A DNA stretch of 64,000 nucleotides from a virus. Lineage: Duplodnaviria > Caudoviricetes. The stretch lies in IMG/VR virus record IMGVR_UViG_3300009155_000035; one strand, given 5' to 3'. The notes below the pieces were generated by a model. It worked only from the letters and a program-made list of their open reading frames with translations, was not told the DNA's origin and searched no databases. Position 1 is the first letter of the stretch, and each line of letters opens with the position of its first letter. Positions 39,020 to 47,995 of the stretch are shown here, in pieces. Made by a program: the position numbers and the translations under genes.

Positions 39020-39238
39020 ATGAATTTATTTGAACTTTACGAAAGATCTCCTAGTGCGTACCAAGATGTTGCACAAGACAATAGCCAACCTCGTCTTGGG
39101 GATCTACGCAAAACAAAACTTACGTTAAGACAAATTAATAAATTACGCAAGCTCAATGATGTACGCAAGTATGAATTTAAAGAGCGTCTTAAAAGAGTAC
39201 AGAAGCAGTATTCACCACCACCTGAACCACTATCTTGA
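39020..39238 (+). CDS. Small basic prohead-associated protein
   Basis: 72 aa between portal and core genes, directly behind a TAAATA box. Confidence 0.6.
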   Translation: MNLFELYERSPSAYQDVAQDNSQPRLGDLRKTKLTLRQINKLRKLNDVRKYEFKERLKRVQKQYSPPPEPLS

Positions 39239-39357
39239 CAACTTATTATAAAAAATAAGATTCTCAGTCATAAAACTTTAAAAAAACATAGTAAAACACT
39301 GATATTTTGATAATATCAGTAAATAATTCTACAGAGCCATTATCTTGGAGGGTACTC

Positions 39358-40140
39358 ATGAATAAATTTGAACAGTTAGTTGAATACGTCATTAATGACG
39401 AAGCAGACAAAGCTCGTGAATTGTTTCACGAAATTGTTGTGGAGAAAAGTCGTTCTATCTATGAACAAATGATGGAAGACGAAGAGCTTGATGAAGCTAA
39501 AAACGACGAAGAGCTTGATGAAGCCAAAGACGAAGATTTAGATGAATCTGAAGAAGAACTTGACGAAGCCGACATGGGCGGAGATCAAGCTGATGATCTT
39601 ATCGATGACGTTGAAGTTGAAGAAGAAGGTCTCAGCATGGAAAGTGAAGAAGACGAATTTGCCGACGAAGAAGACGGCGAAGACGGAAATCTTGAAGACC
39701 GCGTTGTTGACCTAGAAGACCAACTTGACCAACTTATGTCAGAATTTGAAGCTCTAATGGGTGACGATGCTGAAGTTGATGGTGAGTTTGCAGCCGATGC
39801 AGCCGCTGGTATGGACGATGAAGAAATTGACGATACTGAGTTGGAAACTGAAGGCATGATGGAAAACGTCAGCTTAAAAGCAGTTCCAAAGCCAACAGCT
39901 GGCGATCACGGTGCCAACATCAAAAGCGTAGTAGCCGCTAACAGTGGCGCAAGAGGCGCAATGGCAAAGCCAGTTCGCCCAACAGGAACCGAAGCTCAAG
40001 GTCGTCCAGCCCCAACCGCTAAAGATGCAATTGGCAAGGTTGGTAACACCCCTGCTCAAAGCACACAAAAACCAACACCTGCTACTAAGCCACAATTAGG
40101 CCAGGCTGCTGGTGTGAACAGCAAAGCTGTTATTCAATAA
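39358..40140 (+). CDS. Acidic prohead core protein, gp67-like
   Basis: N-terminus LVEYVINDEADKARELFHEIV resembles T4 gp67; very D/E-rich with repeated L-D-E protease-type sites; GGAGG SD before ATG 39358. Confidence 0.65.
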   Translation: MNKFEQLVEYVINDEADKARELFHEIVVEKSRSIYEQMMEDEELDEAKNDEELDEAKDEDLDESEEELDEADMGGDQADDLIDDVEVEEEGLSMESEEDEFADEEDGEDGNLEDRVVDLEDQLDQLMSEFEALMGDDAEVDGEFAADAAAGMDDEEIDDTELETEGMMENVSLKAVPKPTAGDHGANIKSVVAANSGARGAMAKPVRPTGTEAQGRPAPTAKDAIGKVGNTPAQSTQKPTPATKPQLGQAAGVNSKAVIQ

Positions 40141-40151
40141 GGTCCCGGTAA

Positions 40152-40775
40152 ATGGCTCTTTACCTAAAAGAGAACTTGACTTTCGACGACGCTCGCATTA
40201 TTGTTGAGGGCGTCGAAGGTAAAGATCTTTATATGAAGGGCATCTGCATCCAGGGTGGTGTGCGTAATGCCAACGAGCGTGTATATCCAGTTGGCGAAAT
40301 TGAAAAAGCAGTTGGCACACTGAATGAACAAATTTCCAGCGGAAATTCAGTCTTGGGTGAAGTTGATCACCCCGATGATTTAAAAATTAATCTTGACCGT
40401 GTAAGCCATATGATGACAGAAATGTGGATGGATGGACCAAACGGTTATGGAAAATTAAAAATCCTACCAACACCAATGGGACAACTAGTGAGAACTATGT
40501 TGGAAAGTGGTGTTAAATTAGGTGTTTCAAGTCGCGGTAGCGGAAACGTTAACGAGGCTAACGGACATGTCAGTGATTTTGAAATAGTCACTGTGGATGT
40601 GGTTGCTCAGCCCAGCGCACCAAATGCATATCCAACTGCCATTTATGAAGGCATGATGAATATGAAGTATGGTCATCGTATGCTAGAGATAGCACGTGAT
40701 GCTGGCAATGACAACAAAGTGCAGAGATATTTGAAAAGCGAAATCAAAAAGCTTATCAAAGATCTCAAGATATGA
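40152..40775 (+). CDS. Prohead protease, T4 gp21-like
   Basis: NANERVYP, LGEVDHP, RVSHM, GKLKILPTPMG, GVSSRGSG, TVDVVAQPSAPNAY. Confidence 0.95.
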   Translation: MALYLKENLTFDDARIIVEGVEGKDLYMKGICIQGGVRNANERVYPVGEIEKAVGTLNEQISSGNSVLGEVDHPDDLKINLDRVSHMMTEMWMDGPNGYGKLKILPTPMGQLVRTMLESGVKLGVSSRGSGNVNEANGHVSDFEIVTVDVVAQPSAPNAYPTAIYEGMMNMKYGHRMLEIARDAGNDNKVQRYLKSEIKKLIKDLKI

Positions 40776-40789
40776 TTTAGGAGAAATCA

Positions 40790-41878
40790 ATGCTAGACGC
40801 AATTAAACCATTGCTAGATAGCGGCCTAATCAACGAGGACGTCAGCAAGGAACTCAACGAAGCTTGGGAATCTAAGTTGGTGGAGGCTCGTGAACAGGTA
40901 CGTGCAGAACTCCGTGAAGAGTTTGCACAACGTTATGAGCATGACAAAAGTGTGATGGTAGAAGCCCTAGATCGCATGGTAACAGACGGTCTTACACAAG
41001 AGATCCAGGCTGTGGCTGCTGAAAAGCAAGCACTAGCTGAAGATCGCGTTAAGTTCCAAGTCAAGATGAAAGAATCTGCTACAAAGTTTAACGACTTTAT
41101 GGTAGGAAAGCTTGCTGAGGAAATTGGCGAATTGCGTAAAGATCGTAAGATGCACAACGAATCCCTAGAAAAACTAGAAAAATTCGTTGTACGAGCTCTT
41201 GCAGAAGAAATTAGTGAATTTGCACAAGACAAAAAGGACTTGGTGGAAACCAAAGTTCGTCTAGTTAGCGAAGCACGTAATAAACTTGAAGGCTTGAAAG
41301 CACGTTTCGTCAAAGAAAGTGCAGACAAGATGAGCAAAGCTGTTAGCCAGCATCTAAAAACAGAACTTACACAACTTCATGAAGACATCAAAATTGCTCG
41401 CGAGAACAGTTTTGGTCGTCGTATTTTTGAAGCTTACGCTGCCGAATTTGGTGCAACTCATCTCAATGAGAACGCAGAAGTTCGCAAGCTCAAGAAAGTT
41501 CTGGTAGCCAAAGATCATCAGCTTAGTGAAGCTACCCGTATTGTTCAACAGGCAAAAACTCTTGTTGAATCTAAGGACCGTGAGATTCGCGTGATCAAAG
41601 AATCCAATGAACGTGCAAACGTCATGGAAGAATTGTTGGCTCCTCTTAATGAAGAGAAGCAAGCAGTCATGAAGAATCTTTTGGAAAGCGTACAGACTTC
41701 TCGTCTTAAAAACGCTTATGAAAAGTATCTACCAGCCGTACTTACAGACACAGCACCAAAAGCTCGCAAGGTAATTAGTGAGAGTGTTAGTGTAGTAACT
41801 GGTGATAAAACCGTGCCAGCCGCGCAAGTTGAAGACCGCAGTAATGTGATCGACATCAAACGTCTGGCTGGTCTATAA
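40790..41878 (+). CDS. Prohead scaffolding protein, gp22-like
   Basis: Glu/Lys-rich coiled coil between protease and capsid genes; many (I/L)xE sites. Confidence 0.8.
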   Translation: MLDAIKPLLDSGLINEDVSKELNEAWESKLVEAREQVRAELREEFAQRYEHDKSVMVEALDRMVTDGLTQEIQAVAAEKQALAEDRVKFQVKMKESATKFNDFMVGKLAEEIGELRKDRKMHNESLEKLEKFVVRALAEEISEFAQDKKDLVETKVRLVSEARNKLEGLKARFVKESADKMSKAVSQHLKTELTQLHEDIKIARENSFGRRIFEAYAAEFGATHLNENAEVRKLKKVLVAKDHQLSEATRIVQQAKTLVESKDREIRVIKESNERANVMEELLAPLNEEKQAVMKNLLESVQTSRLKNAYEKYLPAVLTDTAPKARKVISESVSVVTGDKTVPAAQVEDRSNVIDIKRLAGL

Positions 41879-41903
41879 TTTAATAGAACAAAAGGAGACT
41901 TAA

Positions 41904-43121
41904 ATGTCACAAGAACTATTAGAAGGCCGTTGGGACGAGACCAAAGAAGCATTGCTCGAAGGACTCAAAGGAAACCGACGCAACTCTATGAACGTAATTC
42001 TCGAAAATACTCGCAAGTATCTTCGTGAAAATGCCAGCGCAGGATCTACTGTATCTGGTAACATCGCTACATTAAACCGTGTGATTCTTCCAGTGATTCG
42101 TCGTGTTATGCCGACTGTTATCGCTAACGAAATCGTTGGTGTTCAGCCAATGACTGGCCCAGTCGGCCAAATTCACACACTACGTGTACGTTATGCATCT
42201 ACAATGACTGACCAAACAGCAGCCGCTACTTCTGTAGTTGCTGGTGAAGAAGCATTATCTCCATTCAAGATCGCTGTTGCATACTCTGCTGGCGCCCGTG
42301 GTGCTGACAACGCTGCCACTACACAGACAGCCGCTCAAGGCTACGCTGGTGGTGCTACTGCTACCCTAGAAGGTAATGGTGGTCGTCAGATCTCTGTACA
42401 AATCTTGAAACAAGCTGTTGAAGCCAAGACTCGCAAGTTGCAAGCTCGTTGGACATTTGAAGCCGCTCAAGATGCACAAGCCATGCACGGTATTGATGTT
42501 GAAGCAGAAATTATGGCTGCTTTGGCTCAAGAAATCACAGCTGAAATTGACCAAGAGATTCTCTTGTCTCTACGCAGTCTAGCTCAAACTGAGTTTACAT
42601 ACAACCAAGCTACCGTTTCTGGTACAGCTACATTCGTTGGTGATGAGCATGCCGCATTGGCTGTTCTAGTTAACCGTGTTGCTAACTTGATCGCCCAACG
42701 TACACGTCGTGGCGCCGGTAACTGGGCTGTTGTTAGCTCTGCCGCTTTGACAGTGTTGCAATCTGCAACTACTTCTGCTTTTGCTCGCACTACAGAAGGT
42801 ACTTTTGAAGCACCTACAAACACCAAGTTTGTTGGTACATTGAACGGTGCAATGCGTGTGTTTGTTGACTCTTATGCATCTGACTCAACACCTGTGTTGG
42901 TTGGTTACAAAGGTTCTAGCGAAGCTGACGCAGCCGCTTTCTACTGCCCATACATTCCGTTGATGAGCAGTGGTGTTGTTCTTGATCCAACAACATTCGA
43001 ACCAGTTGTGTCATTCATGACACGTTACGGTTACATTGAGTTGACAAACACTGCCAGCTCATTCGGTAACGCTGGTGACTATGTTGGCGAGATCGCTGTA
43101 CAGAACTTGTCTTTCTCCTAA
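41904..43121 (+). CDS. Major capsid protein, T4 gp23-like
   Basis: VIRRVMPTVIANEIVGVQPMTGPVGQIHTLR, VEAKTRKLQARWTFEAAQD...HG, EIDQEI, AFYCPYIPL, FMTRYG. Confidence 0.96.
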   Translation: MSQELLEGRWDETKEALLEGLKGNRRNSMNVILENTRKYLRENASAGSTVSGNIATLNRVILPVIRRVMPTVIANEIVGVQPMTGPVGQIHTLRVRYASTMTDQTAAATSVVAGEEALSPFKIAVAYSAGARGADNAATTQTAAQGYAGGATATLEGNGGRQISVQILKQAVEAKTRKLQARWTFEAAQDAQAMHGIDVEAEIMAALAQEITAEIDQEILLSLRSLAQTEFTYNQATVSGTATFVGDEHAALAVLVNRVANLIAQRTRRGAGNWAVVSSAALTVLQSATTSAFARTTEGTFEAPTNTKFVGTLNGAMRVFVDSYASDSTPVLVGYKGSSEADAAAFYCPYIPLMSSGVVLDPTTFEPVVSFMTRYGYIELTNTASSFGNAGDYVGEIAVQNLSFS

Positions 43122-43140
43122 TCAGAGATTACACCCAAAC

Positions 43141-43165
43141 AAAAACCCGCTTCGGCGGGTTTTTT
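43141..43165. terminator. Bidirectional intrinsic terminator after the capsid gene
   Basis: AAAAACCCGC-TTCG-GCGGGTTTTTT with a cUUCGg loop. Confidence 0.9.
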
Positions 43166-43170
43166 ATTGT

Positions 43171-43413
43171 CTAATAATTGATCAAAAGTTTGATATCTTC
43201 GTGTTTGACAACTATGATGTTATGTACTTTGCTGTCAAATTTAATAGGTAAGTCGAGGTGAATAGTAATTCTAGCCCCAGTGTTATTAATTACAGTATCG
43301 TTGCCCACTGTACCAATAAAAGGAATTTTATTCCATTTACCAAAAACGCGATCTCCTAGAAAGTATTCGGGTTTATAACCAATACGTTCAAAATAATCTG
43401 TTTGATTTCCCAT
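43171..43413 (-). CDS. Hypothetical early protein (80 aa)
   Basis: GGAGG SD 5 nt before ATG; own sigma70 promoter upstream. Confidence 0.75.
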   Translation of the reverse strand: MGNQTDYFERIGYKPEYFLGDRVFGKWNKIPFIGTVGNDTVINNTGARITIHLDLPIKFDSKVHNIIVVKHEDIKLLINY

Positions 43414-43443
43414 AATACCTCCAATGGTTGTGCTGTATTAGTT

Positions 43444-43471
43444 ATTGTACATGTAATACTTCAAATGTCAA
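43444..43471 (-). promoter_or_regulatory. Sigma70-type promoter
   Basis: TTGACA (43471-66), 16 nt, TACAAT (43449-44). Confidence 0.7.
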
Positions 43472-43491
43472 TAGAAACGGGTAAATATAGA

Positions 43492-44160
43492 GTGGCTAAA
43501 ATATTTTATACTCCCCCGGGCTATTCAGGAACAGCAGAATTAACTGCTAGTACTGGCCTTTCTATCACCGATCAAGGACATTGGAGATTCAGTCAATCTG
43601 GATTCAACGATGGTGCAACGTTTGGGTTAAGCCTTGGCTGGCCCAACAAAACCAACAGCGGTGACTATTACTCTGGTGGTGCTAACTCGTTTAAAACAAA
43701 ACCACTGAGTGGTGGGCATTTAGATTTAACAGCTACCAATTGGGCTATTGCAGTTATTGGTAATACACTGACTGATTATACTGATCCAGACACTCATGTA
43801 ACTTACCCAGCAAGTCAATGCAGAATACAAATCGTAGGTAAATGGGATGTCAAACGCGGTCAAAATACAAACAGTTACAACAGTTTTGGTATTTTTTATA
43901 CTGGCACAACAGCAACTGACTTAGGTAACAGAGAGATGGATCCATCATTGTTATCCTATCTTTCCCCTAGTGCAATATACACAATTCAAGGCGCCGATGT
44001 AACTGGTGGTGCATTGGACACGTTTAGTGGGCATGAATTTTATTGCAGAGTTACTGAAACTTCTAACAGTGACAACAGCAATAACGAATATCAAAGTAAC
44101 ACAATTACTAGACCTGCCTGGGTGTACACTTATACCAAAAGTTGGGAAATTGAAGTTTAA
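43492..44160 (+). CDS. Hypothetical (probably virion) protein
   Basis: In-frame GTG 4 nt after TAAATA (43482-87); the track's longer N-terminus overlaps the opposite gene and promoter. Confidence 0.6.
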   Translation: MAKIFYTPPGYSGTAELTASTGLSITDQGHWRFSQSGFNDGATFGLSLGWPNKTNSGDYYSGGANSFKTKPLSGGHLDLTATNWAIAVIGNTLTDYTDPDTHVTYPASQCRIQIVGKWDVKRGQNTNSYNSFGIFYTGTTATDLGNREMDPSLLSYLSPSAIYTIQGADVTGGALDTFSGHEFYCRVTETSNSDNSNNEYQSNTITRPAWVYTYTKSWEIEV

Positions 44161-45305
44161 ATTTTATAAAGCTTCAAGTTTTTAGTAATCTTGTTGCAGA
44201 CTGTGGACCAGTCCCCCATTTTCTCTTGACGGAACAACAGCGCAGTGCTGTACCACGGTGATGTATTTCGCTCAGTAAGCCAACGCCAATCCACTGCAAA
44301 CTTGTTTAGCATGACCCAGGTTGGTCTTCCCAGTGCTCCAGCTAAATGTGCCACAGCAGTATCAACAGTTACTACAACATCCATATGCATGAGTTGACCA
44401 GCAGTGTCTGCAAACCCACTGGTACTGCCAGGAAATATCAACACACCAGCTTCAACTAACTGTGCCTCTTGTTCAGGAGTAGCATCAATTTGAAGATTGA
44501 CCCAATCAAACTCTGGATTTTGTTTGATCAAGGCTAGCATGGTTTCAAACGGCACGCCCTTGTGCGCATTTAGCCAATTGTCCTTGCGACCGCTCCAACA
44601 AAATCCCACTCGCATTTTCTTCTTGGGCCCCAGACGTTGAGCCCACTCTGTAATTTTTGCAGGGTTGGCGTTGAGATAACCTAGAGTTGATGGTAATTTT
44701 TCTAACGTTTGCCCCAGACATTTTGGAATACTCATCATGGGGACCCAACAATCAAACTCCCCGGGATCATCACTGTAATTTCCAGTCCATTCAATTACCC
44801 CGCCACTGCCAAACATAGTAACTAAGCTAGAGGTGGTTTGCACTTTGACTTTTGCACCACGTTGGGCCAACGCATATACAAATCTCACAAATTGTATGTT
44901 GTCCCCGTGACCTTGCTCGCCAACTACAAGAATAGTTTTTCCATTAATATCTTCTCCCCACCAACGCGGCTTGTCAATTTTAGGCAATGTACCTGCTAAA
45001 TGTTCGTATTCCCAGCGACTTTCGTAAGCATCAAATCCTTGGATGTAATCTCCCATGAGCAAATAACTTATAGCTAGATTAAATTTTGCATGAACATATC
45101 TCGGTTCAAGCGTTATGGCTCTTTGCAAAAACGGAATAGCACCAGCAGGGTCTCCTAGTTCTCTAAGAACATTGCCGTAGTTGTTCCATGCTGGCGCATA
45201 GTTTCTATCCATTACAAAAGCTTGAGCATAAAATGCCAAAGCTTCTTCTGGTTTGTTTTCAGCACGAAGCTGGTTCCCGTAATCTATTAGTTCAATTGGA
45301 GTCAT
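44157..45305 (-). CDS. TPR-repeat glycosyltransferase (GT-B, GT9-like C-terminus)
   Basis: TPRs (AWNNYGNVL, AKFNLA), EQGHGDNIQFVRF, RVGFCWSG, DVVVTVDTAVAHLAGALGRPTW; start ATG 45305 lies 5 nt after a TAAATA box. Confidence 0.85.
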   Translation of the reverse strand: MTPIELIDYGNQLRAENKPEEALAFYAQAFVMDRNYAPAWNNYGNVLRELGDPAGAIPFLQRAITLEPRYVHAKFNLAISYLLMGDYIQGFDAYESRWEYEHLAGTLPKIDKPRWWGEDINGKTILVVGEQGHGDNIQFVRFVYALAQRGAKVKVQTTSSLVTMFGSGGVIEWTGNYSDDPGEFDCWVPMMSIPKCLGQTLEKLPSTLGYLNANPAKITEWAQRLGPKKKMRVGFCWSGRKDNWLNAHKGVPFETMLALIKQNPEFDWVNLQIDATPEQEAQLVEAGVLIFPGSTSGFADTAGQLMHMDVVVTVDTAVAHLAGALGRPTWVMLNKFAVDWRWLTERNTSPWYSTALLFRQEKMGDWSTVCNKITKNLKLYKI

Positions 45306-45351
45306 GTTGATATTTAAACTGTTGTAGGGTGTCATAGAATATTTGTTTATC

Positions 45352-45359
45352 TATAAATA
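45352..45359 (+). promoter_or_regulatory. Late promoter, perfect T4 consensus
   Basis: TATAAATA followed by a ~90-nt leader and AGGAG SD. Confidence 0.75.
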
Positions 45360-45452
45360 CTACTCAACACAATTTGGTGTTTTATGCTGATGATTAATAC
45401 CTAACAGCGTAGCGGCTAGAACCCGCATCGGACTTCTTTAAGGAGAAAACAA

Positions 45453-45971
45453 ATGGGTCGTCCTCTAAAAATTAAAAAATCAACAACCAAAGACATCGGT
45501 TTTAACAATCTTGGTAGCCTAACAAATCCAGTTTACCCTGCAACATTAAACTCAGCTCAATACCTGGGTGCAGTTGGTGGTGAAAACACCAGCGTGGCCA
45601 CATCAGCATATCCTGTGGTTCGTGTTCAAGCACGTGACACCACTGGAGCCGAGGAAGCCGCAATCATTGTGCGTCAAAAAGGAAGCACAACATATTTGGT
45701 GTTGGGTCAAAGCAGTGGAAACACATATCAAGCTACTTTGGCAAATCAGGCAACTGGCACACTATCACCAGGCAACATGAATATTGCCATGTTCAACGGC
45801 GACAGCACAGATATTCTAATCAGTAAACTCACCAACAAGTTTGCCTTGGATTATTCTACACCACCTGTTCGTTATGTGATTAACTTCTTCACAGACGAAG
45901 GCACTGAAATCAAGTCTGGTACAAAAGGCGAAACAAACGCATTGGCTATTGCAGAAAACTACACAAGCTAA
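45453..45971 (+). CDS. Putative virion structural/decoration protein
   Basis: 172 aa, strong SD, late promoter upstream. Confidence 0.6.
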   Translation: MGRPLKIKKSTTKDIGFNNLGSLTNPVYPATLNSAQYLGAVGGENTSVATSAYPVVRVQARDTTGAEEAAIIVRQKGSTTYLVLGQSSGNTYQATLANQATGTLSPGNMNIAMFNGDSTDILISKLTNKFALDYSTPPVRYVINFFTDEGTEIKSGTKGETNALAIAENYTS

Positions 45972-45989
45972 TTTCTATTTGGCTAGGCC

Positions 45990-46022
45990 ATCCTCCTTGC
46001 TACATAACAAGGAGGATTTTTT
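45990..46022 (+). terminator. Hairpin plus U-tract that also contains the next gene's SD and a TACATA late-type box
   Basis: ATCCTCCTTG-ctacataa-CAAGGAGGAT followed by TTTTT. Confidence 0.7.
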
Positions 46023-46607
46023 ATGGCGGCATTTGTGCTAGGTAACGGAGTAAGCAGGGAATCAGTTTCAGTTGATCAACTGCTTTCTTTGGGGGCAGTT
46101 TATGGTTGCAATGGATTGTATCGTACACATGCAATTACTGCATTGGTAGCAACAGACCAACCTATCGCCAAACTAATACAAGATTCTGGATACAGCAAAA
46201 AACACAGATTTTACACACGAAGACCTTTGCCAAATACTGGTGCTGTTCAAATAGGTAAAACTTATTTTGGTTATAGTTCAGGACCAATTGCCACTTCTAT
46301 TGCAGCCGCAGATGGACAGGGAAGAATGTATTTGTTAGGCTTTGACATGGGACCAGACAAGCAAGGAAAATTTAACAATGTCTATGCTGGGACTGAGTAT
46401 TACAAAGAAGTTGGTGCAACACCTACTTTTACAGGCAATTGGGTCAAGCAATTAGCAAAAATAATGACAGATTACCCCAACAGAGAATTTATAAGAGTAT
46501 ATGGGGAGACCACTGCCAAGATCCCAGAGTTTGATAAGATCTCAAACTTACAACACATCACTCTTGCAACCTTTTTAGAACGAATAAATAATAGAAAGGA
46601 TCTGTAG
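46023..46607 (+). CDS. Maf/DUF115/GT42(CstII)-like putative glycosyltransferase, paralog 1
   Basis: FVLGNGVSR, YGCNGLY, YLLGFD parallel CstII-type GNGPS...RCN...YLSGID motifs. Confidence 0.55.
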   Translation: MAAFVLGNGVSRESVSVDQLLSLGAVYGCNGLYRTHAITALVATDQPIAKLIQDSGYSKKHRFYTRRPLPNTGAVQIGKTYFGYSSGPIATSIAAADGQGRMYLLGFDMGPDKQGKFNNVYAGTEYYKEVGATPTFTGNWVKQLAKIMTDYPNREFIRVYGETTAKIPEFDKISNLQHITLATFLERINNRKDL

Positions 46608-47261
46608 ATGACTGCCTATAAACGAACTCTTGGCGATTACAATATTATCAGCATTGACCCGTCAGCCGGTGATAATTTAAATATCGTAACGCACACTGTA
46701 AATCTTACTGGTAACTTAGATGTTACCGGTAATGTCACATACATCAACGTCAACGACCTCACAGTAGATGACCCATTTATTACAGTTGCTGGCAATAACG
46801 CAGGCAGCGGTAACGCGGCAACATTTCCTCAACAAGGTCTTGTAGCGCAGACTGGATCAGCATCTTACGCCGGGTTACGATTTAACAATGTCAGCAACAC
46901 TTGGGAGATCAGCCCAAGTGTTGCAGGCAACGGCGCTCCAATAACATCATATCAAGCTATTGGTACTGCATCGGCTGGATCGGCTGCTGGCCCATTAACT
47001 GCAATTCAGTTTAAAGATGTTGGCAATGTTTTTGGTGGTAATGCCAGTTTTACATTTGATTATGCAAATTCAAAAGTTACACTCACTGGACATCAAGTGT
47101 TTGGTAACATTGGTACTGCTCCCACTGCTGTTGCCAACAGCGTGGCTATTTACAACAACATTGAAGGTTCAGGCGGCACTGGCCTGTATGTTAAAAGCCC
47201 CACAGTCCAAGATGAACTTGTAAGCAAAAGCAAAGCAATTGTCTTTGCAATTATATTTTAA
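46608..47261 (+). CDS. Virion fibre/appendage protein
   Basis: NLDVTGNVTYINVNDLTVDDPFITV module, similar to the start of the 2277-aa fibre. Confidence 0.6.
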   Translation: MTAYKRTLGDYNIISIDPSAGDNLNIVTHTVNLTGNLDVTGNVTYINVNDLTVDDPFITVAGNNAGSGNAATFPQQGLVAQTGSASYAGLRFNNVSNTWEISPSVAGNGAPITSYQAIGTASAGSAAGPLTAIQFKDVGNVFGGNASFTFDYANSKVTLTGHQVFGNIGTAPTAVANSVAIYNNIEGSGGTGLYVKSPTVQDELVSKSKAIVFAIIF

Positions 47262-47270
47262 GGAATACAC

Positions 47271-47585
47271 ATGACAATCGCTACAGCCAACGTTACAACC
47301 GTTACAACATCAGTTTATACCAGTTCTGGAAATACTGCTATTACATTCTTAAGTCTGTGCAACTACAGCGTAGGAAATGTAACAGCAAACGTTCACGTAG
47401 TTCCAAGTGGTGGCACAGCAAACAGTATCAACAAAATTTTAGCCAGTATTGAAATACTGACTCTGGATACATATCAGCTGTATGCTGGCGGCGAAAAATT
47501 GTTATTAAACAACGGTGATTCGGTACAAATCAATGCCAGTGGAAACTCTGCAATTTCTGCAGTTACTAGTTATACAACAATTTAA
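47271..47585 (+). CDS. Small virion structural protein
   Basis: 104 aa beta-rich, SD, within the fibre operon. Confidence 0.55.
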   Translation: MTIATANVTTVTTSVYTSSGNTAITFLSLCNYSVGNVTANVHVVPSGGTANSINKILASIEILTLDTYQLYAGGEKLLLNNGDSVQINASGNSAISAVTSYTTI

Positions 47586-47986
47586 TGGGTTATTACGTCA
47601 AAAACAGAAGATTGGAATCAGGATCTACTGGTGTGGTAATTCCCACCGGTAGCTCGGCCACGCGACCTCTAGCACCAACATTTGGTCTTATAAGATACAA
47701 TACTGATTTGGCATCAGTTGAATATTTTAACGGAATTCAGTTTGTACAGCTAAGTGCCGCTGGGGCTATTGACTACACAATTGATTCATTTACTGGCGAC
47801 GGATCAACATACGTATTCACTATGACGGTTGCAGTTTCATCTGCATCTCAAATCATGGTGTTTGTGGGAAGCATTTATCAGAATTCAAATACAGCTTATA
47901 CAGTAAATGGAGGATTTGATATTACATTTACTTCAGCCCCGCCCGATGGTGAACCTATTTCTATAATTCACAGTAGCGTTACCTAA
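47585..47986 (+). CDS. Virion structural protein
   Basis: IPTGSSATRP...GLIRYN and GDGSTYVFT modules shared with neighbouring fibre genes. Confidence 0.6.
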   Translation: MGYYVKNRRLESGSTGVVIPTGSSATRPLAPTFGLIRYNTDLASVEYFNGIQFVQLSAAGAIDYTIDSFTGDGSTYVFTMTVAVSSASQIMVFVGSIYQNSNTAYTVNGGFDITFTSAPPDGEPISIIHSSVT

Positions 47987-47995
47987 AGGACAGTA

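Noticed and set aside
39234-39265. TTGACA after the 72-aa gene as a sigma70 promoter
   Set aside because: No -10 hexamer at 16-18 nt spacing
43402-43491. Track N-terminus of the 252-aa ORF
   Set aside because: Overlaps the opposite gene's start, SD and promoter; a start after the late box at 43492 is more plausible. Similar over-extended starts were trimmed at 23068, 29724, 31648, 39307, 45335, 59539, 62271 and 62634
45387-45449. Hammerhead ribozyme (CTGATGA ... GAAA)
   Set aside because: Bases after CTGATGA do not pair with those before GAAA, so stem II cannot form
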